A DNA stretch of 64,000 nt from the human T2T-CHM13v2.0 reference genome, Homo sapiens: the NCBI RefSeq assembly GCF_009914755.1, contig NC_060929.1; one strand, given 5' to 3'. Every line of letters starts with the position of its first letter. The first letter of the stretch is position 1. The notes beneath the pieces were generated by a model, which was not told the DNA's origin, made no database searches, and saw only the letters and a list, made by a program, of their open reading frames with translations. A program made the translations under genes and the position numbers. Positions 53,933 through 64,000 of the stretch are shown in pieces.

Positions 53933-55544
53933 AGGCAGTGGCAGTTGGAAAGGAGAAGAAGAGGATTTGGACCTGAATTACGTTCCAGGGGTGGGATCCC
54001 TAAAAAGGATATAAATCTTAGGACATGAATTTGGCTTTAGTGGGTTTCCTTCCATTCTATATAGCTCTCAAGGTCAAGTGCATTGCTGAGGAATGGACAA
54101 TAGCCTCTGCTGATCCCTCTGATCTAAGCTGCTGCTGGCACGGCAGCATTGGAGGCTACATCCATTCTCAGCACATTTGGAGTGCAATGATGCTGCAGGA
54201 ACAAATCGCCCACCTTCCAAATGCCCTGTGAGTGAGTCAGTGCTCAGCAGCATTGGCAAGGCGGAGCGCTGTAACGGCAAAGAAAGGATGACATCTCATA
54301 TACATGTGTGAACAGGACTGTTTACTCATAGGATGATTATTTTAAAGGAGACGTTTGGTTTTTTAAGGTCCGTAGAAGTTTGTTTCATCGCTAATCGCAG
54401 CGGGTGTAGGTGTTAGCTAACATACCGGTAACTGAATGTTCTTAGCAATACTGCAATAGCTTCCCTTAAGGTTTAAAAATTACAATTTGATTTTAATTGC
54501 CACCTCTCTTAATAGGTGTTACTCAAACAGGAAGGAAAATGCCACATACTCTTACCAGTTCTTGATGCCAGAGATTACTAAAGCAATTTGGAAAGATATC
54601 GAAAAGGTGTTGAGAAAATACAGGTGAATTTTAATACATGATGTGTATTGACATTTTTACTCTAGGTAGCAACAGAGAGACTTCTGTATTGCTGGGGAGG
54701 AATTATATGAGATTTTGGCTACGGAGACAGGATTTCTCACTTCTTATTGGCTGAAAAAAAAATAAATGAAGCCATTAGAAGCAGTATTGAAATATTAATC
54801 ATACCTTCCAAAATTAAACACTCTTTTAAAAATAAAAGTTACACAATCTGTCTTTCACTTCATCTTTGACTTTCATCCCAACACTGGTGGGAGGAAATAA
54901 GCTCTGGTTAAAATCAAGACTGAAAGTGACTTTGACTTTGCAGAGAACAGTGTCAAGGCGAAGAACTTGACTGTATCTTCTCTCCCACTTGGGGTCAGTG
55001 TTTAGGCACATGAGAGAAGATGAGGAACCAGGACAGGAAATGGCAGCGTTTCCACCAAAGGTCAAGGGGAACATTAATGGGCTACATTCCAGACCCAAGG
55101 CTGACGATCTTCTTCAAAGGAGTCAGTGGTGGAAACACAGACTCAGAGCCACTCCCAAAAGGTACGATGAGGTCAGGATCATTGAAGAGAGGCAGTGCAC
55201 AGGGGGCGTTCGGGTGAGCATCTCTAAAGTTACCTTTCTGGTTGGTCTTTGACATCAAAGTGCATAAGTCTGCCTTTCATGGGCAGGTAGAAATGCTGTG
55301 CAGGTGAAAACAGGCCTCTGGCAAGATAAGAACAGAAATCTTTGAGCTTCAAATTACAGATCTTTATGTTTCACTGAAACTTGTCTTTACAGGGGTGTCA
55401 GTCTCCACTGTGACTGACCACAAAACCCTGCAGGAAAGAGGCTGTGGGTTTTCCTGCGTGGTCCCCAGACCCTAATATGCCCATGTGGCTGCCTAATACA
55501 CATCTCTATTTAAAATGTTCAGAATCTGTGTACTTGGTAAGTAA

Positions 55545-56540
55545 ATTTCAAACAATACCCTTCCTCTCTTCCGCTCCCTGTCTCCAGACCCCCATTTTCC
55601 CTCCCTGAAGATAACCACTGCTAGTGCATTTTTAGACTTCCTACCGGAGATAGATATTCTTCTTGCTCCGTTTCTCTCTCTCTCTCCACACGCACACACA
55701 CTCACACACACACACACATATACACACATAAACATAACATATACATATTTTTACATAGATAGAACTTCACACACTGCTCTGTACCTTGTCTTGTTCCCTC
55801 ATGTTCACTTATCAATAAATTCTGGAGATCATTCCACGCCATTCCATACAGGACTGATTCAATCTGTGCATGAATGCATAGCACTCCACTGCAGAGGTGA
55901 ACCACAATCTGTTCAACCAGGCCTCTCTAACTGATGGAATTTAGAGTTTTTCCAGTCTTTGTCAATGCTGCACTAAATGTCTTTGTATAACTATTTTTAT
56001 GTCTGTGGAAGTATTTCTGAAAGATTAATTCCTGGATATAAAATTTCTGAGTACATGTACTTTAAGTTCTGATTGATATTGACATATTTTCCTTCAAATA
56101 TCGAGCCAATTCATACTCTATCAAGAATATATGAGGCCTTGAGAATATTAAGTGAAAGAAGGCCACAAAAGACCACAGAATATATGATTCCTATATCATG
56201 AAATATCTAGCATAGGCAAATCCATACAGAAATCGATTAATGGTCACCAGGGGTTGGGGGAAGGAAGGAGCTAAAGAGTAAGTGGTATTGGGTGCAGGAT
56301 TTCATTTCGGTGTGACGAAAATGTTCTGAATTCAGATAGTGGTGATGCTCCTACATCTATAAATATGCTAAACCCCACTGAATTTTATACTTTAAACGGA
56401 TGAATTTATGATATGTGAATTCTATCTCGATAAAGCTCTTATTTTAAAAAATGCATGAGAGTACCTGTGCCTTCCACTCCCCTATTGACAGTGTATGTTC
56501 ACACTTTTTCATCACCATTCTAATTACAACATCTTGCTTC
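55545..56540 (-). mobile_element. Old L1MC/ME 3' fragment with (CA)n and a nested plus-strand L1MB tail (~56135-56450)
   Basis: 'ataaccactgctag', 'ggagatcattcca'; insert 'ataggcaaatccatacag...gaaaatgttctgaattcagatagtggtgatg'. Confidence 0.75.
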
Positions 56541-57595
56541 ATTCCTTCTAAAGGAGGACTAAGCAGGAAAGAAATAGATTGAACGGGCCAACCAGGTATT
56601 TTAGGATTTGGGCTGTCAACTTTATAGTCTAACAGCAATGGAAATGTCTAAGATGGAAACAATCAAAACAGTCAAGTTGTCAACAATTGCCAATGAATTC
56701 AGCAGCCTAAATGAAACAAGCAAGGAATGAGACTTAAGAATTTAAAAAAGGGATGAAGGACCCAGTTCTTCCAGCCTAAAGGATTTTGAAATCTCCGTTT
56801 GCTTAACCAAGGACATGAATGCCACAACTCCTGAATGCAGAACTTAATCCAGCAGCGTGCCTCCAGTAGAAAATAAGCTGAAGTTCAATGTATTCTCTAT
56901 GAAGAAGGTATGGGAGCTGAGTAAAACATTTTTGTACACCATTCTAGAGCTACTGATAGGCTGAAAAAATTAACCATTGCTTGCCCCTCTTAAAACTCAT
57001 ATTTTCATTGAGATGGGTTTCCTTTGGATTCCATTTCGCCCCTTTTCACCTCTCACCTCCAAGATTAACCCTGCTAAATACTTCTTTTTCTATGATGTCT
57101 TATATTTCAAACTGCTTGTGCCTTGTGGGATTAAAAGCTAAATACTCTTTAACAAGAGTAATCCCCTAAGTGGACATGTTTCTGAGATTGTTAGGCATTT
57201 GATCACAAGTGAAAGATGAGAATGCAGCGGGAAGGTATGAAAGCACAGAGAGTAGAGAGGTTCAGGATTTTCACCTTAGTAATAATTGATTGCAAAGGGG
57301 CTCTCCAAGCCAATATTTGCATGAAAATAGGCCCATTCTTAATTCTCAAGAATAAGCTCATTTTTCTCCCTTCCATTGAGAAGCAATATGACCCCAAGGA
57401 AATACATCCCAGCAAGTGAGGCCTTGACACACTTGACCTTTCCCAGTTTTTGACTCAGCTTATGTGGCTTTAATAATAACAGCTAGCACTTACAAATAAT
57501 GCATTTAATATGTGGCAGCCACTGTTCTAGGCACTCTATATATACTGGCTCATTTAAGACCCAACAATCTTGTGAGGAAAACACTATTTGTCCTG

Positions 57596-57982
57596 CTGCT
57601 ATGGACTGAATTGTGCCTCCCCACCCCTGCAGAAATCATATGTTGATGCCTTAACCCCCAGTGTAGTGGTATTTGTGGATGGGCCTTTGGGGAGGCAACT
57701 GGGTTTAGATAAAGCCATGAGGGTGGGGTCCTCATAATGGGATTAGGGCCCCCCTAAGAAGCGGCTCCAGACAACTTGCTTCCCTCTCCTGTCACTGCCA
57801 TGTGAGGACACAGGGAAAAGGCAGAAGAATTTCTGAAAGTCAGAAGAATTTCTCACCGGGGAACCAAGTTGGCTATCACCTTGATTTTGGACTTCCCAGT
57901 CTCCAGAACAGTGAGATATAATTATTCACTGTTTAAGGCACTCAGTCTATGGTATATTGTTGTGGTAGCCCAAGCTGACTAA
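57596..57982 (+). mobile_element. MLT1A-type MaLR LTR
   Basis: 'tgctatggactgaattgtg...gccatgtgaggacacag...ggtagcccaagctgactaa'. Confidence 0.88.
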
Positions 57983-58564
57983 TGTAAACCAAAATTAAAA
58001 TTCTAAGGCCCCTCAACCATCTGAATGAACCCTTCCTCCTGGCCAAGGACATTCCAAAATTAACCTGAAGAACAAGTTCAGGCTATGATGGGAAGGGGGA
58101 GCTGGACATGCCTCATTATACCCTCCTCCCTTTTGGAATTACTGGTAGAACGGACTCTAAGTTTGATAAGAAACATTTACAATTTATTCTCTCTGAAGTC
58201 TGCTACCTGGAGGCTTCATCTGTATGACAAAACCCTGGTCTCTATGACCTCTTATTGTACCCAGACATTCCTTTCTATTGATAATAACTCTTTCAACCAA
58301 TTGCCAATTGGAAAATCTAATCTACCTATGACCTGGAAGCTCCCACTTCAAGTCATGCTGCCTTTCTGGACTGAACCAATGTACATCTTACATGTATGGA
58401 TTGATGTCTCATATCTCCTTAAAATGTATAAAGCTGAGCTGTACCCCACCACCTTGGGCACATGTCAGGATCTCCTGAGGATGTGTCATGAGTGTGTCCT
58501 TAACCTTGGCAAAAATCAACTTTCTAAACTGATTCAGACCTGTCTCAGGTACTTTTGGTTTACA
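57983..58564 (+). mobile_element. MER4-family solo LTR (MER4B-like, ERV1)
   Basis: Perfect 12-bp terminal inversion tgtaaaccaaaa / ttttggtttaca; near TSD ctaa/ttaa. Confidence 0.88.
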
Positions 58565-59219
58565 TTAATATGAGTGCTACCTCATAGAGGAGCAAATCGA
58601 GACCCAGGGAGGCTATGTCATAGCTTACCTAGGGAGAACTAGAAGATGATGAAGGCAGGAGTCAAACTCACATAGTCTCACTCCAGAGTCTGTATTGCTC
58701 ATTACTATGGTCAAATGCCTGCAATGAAGGCAATAGCTTGTGTATTCTGGCCTCCTCTTCTGCCATCCTGAAACTCCAAATTATGCCATCATGTGGACTC
58801 ACAAAAGATTGTGTTCAGGCTTCCACTGTATGTCTCATGTGTTTTGGAGTTTGTGCCCTCTACTCATCTGGGAGCCTGGTAATGGCTGGGACTTTTTTTC
58901 ATTTCCACTCCCTCAGTTCTTAGTGCAGTGCCTGGGTAGGTGTTTACTAAATCTTGTTAAGTGAATATGTGTAAAGACGAAACAGCCTAATCTCACAAAG
59001 TTTTACAAATAAGAATAAATCATGTGAGTTCTTTGCAAAGAAGAATATTGCAGTATGACAGGCTGATTTGGTAATAACTCAGCTAGCAGAGACCTGCTTA
59101 AACAGTTACCCAAGCCCGAGAAGGAGCAATTTTGTGCTGTCTTATGATAGTCTGAATGGACTTAGGGGGATACCAGTTTTCTGTTTTGCTCTTGGCCCCT
59201 TGCTCATAAAAAGTACTAC

Positions 59220-59624
59220 TGCAGGTTGGGCTGCTGCAGAAGCAGGCTCTGAGATAGAATCTAGTGTGCAGGATATTTATAAGGAGGGTCCTTGGGATCT
59301 ATGCATTCCACAGGAAGAGACTAAGGCAGAACTGGGTAGAGGAAGAAGTTGAAATGTGGTGCAGGCCCAGTGACGGCCTGGCTGAGCTCATGAGAGCTCT
59401 TGAGCTAGAATGGTCTTGCTAGAGTTGAGCCAGATGGCAAGGTCTTCTTACTCCAAAGCTATTAGTCACTAGATATGGGCTGCCCAGGAGGGGCTTGATC
59501 ATGAGCAAGGCAGCTTGCCTGAAGGGATGGCAGCTGAAGGCTGTCTGTTGACAGACTTCCAGCAGCTGGGACAACAAGCTCTTATTTCAGGGAGGTCTGG
59601 GTGGTGTATCTCAGTGTCCCACAC
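59220..59624 (-). mobile_element. LTR16-type ERVL LTR
   Basis: 'ggttgggctgctgcagaagcaggctctgaga...ctgggtagaggaagaagttgaa...gtgtcccaca'. Confidence 0.7.
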
Positions 59625-60254
59625 ATGAACATTACTTTGGAATGAGTGTTTCCACAGCACAGGAGCCCAGCATGGTGAGTATTCTCATTATTACAGAATA
59701 TTACTTTCATCTCTTGAGCCGGATTTTCTTTTATGACTCTTGGCAGATGCCCAAAGATCCTATGTCTGTGTAGCATCTTTTTGAAAGGTTTTTTCATACA
59801 TAATATCTCTTATATGAGATTCCTTTCTAAGAACACTCTACCTCCCAGAGTCTGGCTTTAAATTTGTTTTCTCATGTTTCCTTCATATCTCAGAAGAAAA
59901 AGTTCCCTCCCCCTTTCTCAGGTTAATTTTTCTTCTATTACTTTGACTTGCCCCTTCTTGATCTCCTACAAAACCTAGTTCTTTCAGTGAGTCTCAAGTC
60001 CCCTCAATGTCTTTCCTCCCCTATGCAGGGTAAGCCCTAGAATATTATTGTATGGGAAATCGGGTCTTAGTAAGAGAGTAAACACAATGATGTGTGGGCA
60101 TAGAAGCAGGGAGGCCAGGAATGAGATGCAGCTCTGCTAATGAAATACAATTTAACACACTATAAGCAGGGATTCTTCTAGGAAGTTTTGATGAATAATT
60201 CTTAGTTGCTTATTCCTCTGACGAGCCCCTGAGGGTTGTATCAGTGGAAGGTCT

Positions 60255-60510
60255 CATGGTGAAGTAGGAGGAATGTGGTTTTTGGAGTTATTCAGGACTG
60301 ATTTTGACTTATAGCCAAGTCAACTTGCTAGCTGTGTAACCCCTCAGTTTAATCAGTTTAGTTACCTTCTCTTAGCTTTAGTTTCCTCATCTGGAACACA
60401 TGGCTTATGAAGTCCTCCCTCAAAGGGTTGCTGTGAAGGGGACACTCAATGAGATGACACAGGTGAAGACTTGCATAGCATCTGGCACGTGGTATACTCT
60501 GTCACGCACA
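60255..60510 (+). mobile_element. MIR
   Basis: 'cttgctagctgtgtaacc...agtttcctcatctgg...agcatctggcacgtggta'. Confidence 0.75.
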
Positions 60511-61389
60511 CGCTGCTTCCCCACTGAGGCAGTTGCACTGGGAGTCCAGCTGGCCAGGTGCCACCTCTCCTCTGGCTCATTCACGCATGTGGGCCCCACT
60601 ACTTTTTGATTTTACATTTAAACCCAGTGCTCTGAATTCCTGTCTTGCCTTTATTGGTGAGATATCTCCATCTCAGTTACAGCTGAGCAGGTGTATTATG
60701 AGCTGAGTGAATGCAAGATTGAACAAATAAAAAATACAACATGTAAGTGAACTCAAAAAAGGCTTTTGGAGTACCCTGAGTTCAAATGGTTTGTGCTTAT
60801 TCCATTCACAGATGGCACATTCTATCTGCAATGACTACCAAGCTAAGTATGGCAAGATGGTTTCTTAGTATGATAAGAGACTAATAGGACCCTACTTCTC
60901 ATTTGTTAACCCCTCACAGTGTACCAATATTAAACAAGGTATTTTAAAAAGATCTGTTCCTGTCTTTGTGGTTAATTTTTAAGAGTTAAAATTCTTCTTG
61001 TTCTATGAGCCCCTGAAAATTCATTTTAAATCAACAGGCAAAGAGCCAGCTACGAGGAAGGGCAGAGCAAAAATAAACTTTATCCAGCAGTCATGTCTTA
61101 GGGAAAGAATTGGACAAACCTCTTCCTTGTTTCAGTAGAAACTTCAATACGTGTAACAGAATTAAGGAACAGCTAGATTGATGCTTGTAGAGGCAAAAAG
61201 ATATAGAGAGTATATATATTTAATCAGACTAATCAAGCACACATCTGTAAGTGAATTTAAAAAATGACTTTGCTTTGAGGAAGTTGACTCTCATTTTGGT
61301 TTGTTTCATGATTGACTGAATTATTCTCTGTCTTGCATGTCACCTTATTTGACTTGACACTAATCTGACAGAGGGATGTACAGGAAAAT

Positions 61390-61600
61390 CTGCAGGCCTG
61401 GGTGTCAGCCCTGAGTCAGGACTCTGACTCTGTTGCTTCTTAGCTGTGGGACCATGGGTAAGTTACTCAATCCTCTGACCTTCAGTTCCTTCAATAGTAA
61501 AATGAGGTTTTAATACTTACTTCTACTATAGTGTGTATAAAATGTAATACATATAAAGTGCCAGGAGTGAAGTAGGTATTAAAAATGCTATAGTTCCTCT
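61390..61600 (+). mobile_element. MIR
   Basis: 'tagctgtgggaccatgggtaagttactcaatcctctgaccttcagttcc'. Confidence 0.78.
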
Positions 61601-61759
61601 CTCCTTGCCTGCTAATTTCCAAAATATCCTATGGCTTTTAGTCATATGATAAATTTTGGTTGCTACCATTTTTCCCTATTAGGCACTATTTACTGATACA
61701 GAATACTCTATACTTAGTGCTGTTGTCATAAGCAAGTCTCTAGACAAAGAGAGGAAATT

Positions 61760-61990
61760 GCTGAGGCAGTTTAGCTTGACAGGTTGACAGAGCCAGGCTC
61801 TGACACTTATCAAATGTTTGACCTTGGGCAATTAGTTAAACATTCTGTGCCTCAGTTTCCTCCTCTCTAATATGTGGATATTAAACCTCATTCCTAGGTT
61901 TGTGTTGAGGATTAAACGAGTTAATCTATTTGAAGCCATTAGCATGGTGCCTAGCAATCGTAGGAACAATGTTGATGTCAGCTATTGAAA
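61760..61990 (+). mobile_element. MIR
   Basis: 'gaccttgggcaattagttaaacattctgtgcctcagtttcctcc...gaggattaaacgag'. Confidence 0.82.
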
Positions 61991-63234
61991 CTGCTGCCCC
62001 TCGTTGCTATGTTTGTGGCTGCCTTCCTACTCACAGCTCTCATCTTCAGGAACTGCTTCCACCCACTAATCGCCTCCCCCAGCGATGTTTGCATTACATA
62101 AATGGTGTATCCATCCAAGCCCCAACTGTTTAGATCAGGAGTGGACGTCTCATCTGAGCTGGAAAAATCAGAACCCTCTCTTTGGTTTGGGAACAGCGAG
62201 TAATTGAGAGCAGCCAGCTGTGGGCTGTGGAGCTGGAAGGTTGCATAGACTCAGGTCTGAGGCTATTATCTGGTCCTTGATGGATGAATGGAGAAAGCTT
62301 TCTGCTAAGAGAATCAGGAAAGTGGGGACAGATATAAGAGAAAACCAGAGAGGAGAAAGTTTATGGCCCGTAAGAAATGATGAGAGGTCCTGGGAAGATG
62401 AATTTTCCAGTTCCTGAGACCAGGCTGTGCTGAGCACTCTGCACTTACACTCTTGAGATGCCCACATTCTTACATGATGACGCTCCAATTCCCAACCCCT
62501 TCCCGACCGGCTTAGGCAACTCTCTCTTCTGTGCAGGCAAAGAAGCTGTGATGAAAACACTGAACTTCAGCAGGAAGTGATCTATATCCTTGGTCTACAA
62601 ATGTTTTTGCTCACATAGTTGCAGAATTTTTAGGAACTATGTACCCCTACACATTTTCAAGTCGATATCTAAAATTTTTATCTTAAGTTTAAATGTCATA
62701 GCCCATAGAATCTAATAGTCCATTGATTGCAAGATATATTTCTTTCACAGTATTATGAACAGATAAGAAAAAATAAATGCTTACCATTTTTATAAGATAC
62801 ACCCCAATTTAACAGATGTTAAAATGAAAAATATGTCCCTTGGAATCACTGAAATGTGAACATTAAGGATATAATCCTTATACATTATAAATATTGACAT
62901 TAAAAAAAGCCTGCTACATTATTCTTTTAACTGTGTCCAAAGAATCTAAATACTATAAAGATTTAATATTCACATGATCCAGTTAGAAAATATACTAGAT
63001 GAGCATGATGTACTCTGACATTTGGAAAATTTAAATCTTTTTCCCCCTTGAATCTAGATTTTCAACCTATTACCATACAAGATTTAATCTAAATGTATAT
63101 AAGGTATTTATGTAAAAATATAGTAGTCTTTAAACCTTTTACTTATTCCCCTATCATACATTTTTTGTATACATACAAGAAAAATATGCATATGAACTGG
63201 AAATTTGCTTTATTCTCTGTATTCATAAGGCTGT

Positions 63235-63442
63235 AAATCTGCACTATCCCAATATGGTAGCCACTAGCACCTGTTGCTATCTAAATCTAAATGAACAAAA
63301 ATGAAAAAGTTAAAAACTTAGTTTCCCCATATTAGTCACAAGAGCCCGATAGCCACAGTGGCTAGTCAGTAGTTGATGCGTGGATACAGATAGAAAACGT
63401 TAGTATTGATGCAGGACATTCTATTGAACAGAGCTGCTCTAA
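63235..63442. mobile_element. MER3 (hAT-Charlie) within AT-rich, probably transposon-derived DNA
   Basis: 'cccaatatggtagccactagcac...ttctattgaacagagctgctcta'. Confidence 0.78.
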
Positions 63443-63667
63443 AGGTTAAAAATTTCTTTCAGATACACTTATTATTTTACTTCTTATAGGCATTCAATTG
63501 ATCAAAACAACCTAAACATATAACATAATTTTATAAATAATGTAATTGACACAAAGAGAAAACATTTTAAGGATTTGTGGCTTCTCATCAAATAAATGGA
63601 GCAGAATTTTTGTTTTGTTTTTTAAGTAGTTTCATGTGTTGTGTGACTTATTTCTAGAATAAGATAG

Positions 63668-64000
<333 letters not shown>

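Larger units (their letters stand above)
57470..58710 (-). mobile_element. MIR split by nested MLT1A and MER4 LTRs
   Basis: MIR halves at 57470-57595 and 58575-58710. Confidence 0.65.

Noticed and set aside
58085-58573. Longest ORF in the window (162 aa)
   Set aside because: Lies almost entirely within the MER4 LTR; chance open frame.

Overview
Primate (human-like, catarrhine) non-coding genomic DNA: Alu J/S, L1PA, MER11 and MER41 elements are present and CpG is depleted. Much of the window is recognisable interspersed repeat (SINE, LINE, LTR and DNA transposon relics). I found no protein-coding gene, tRNA, rRNA, CRISPR array or CpG island. The only protein-like ORFs are broken L1 ORF1/ORF2 remnants. 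Most L1s and LTRs lie on the minus strand, which suggests an intron of a + strand transcription unit. The most unusual structure is at 5356-5694. A reconstructed 17-bp-stem hairpin site carries a 139-bp insertion copied from 1.8 kb upstream, with a ~26-27 bp target duplication and microhomology at the junctions. A second 53-bp copy, taken from 2.15 kb downstream, sits beside it. Candidate exons and regulatory motifs are flagged at low to moderate confidence. I see no support for a new multi-gene system. Repeat family names come from recalled consensus sequences, and boundaries of old elements are approximate.
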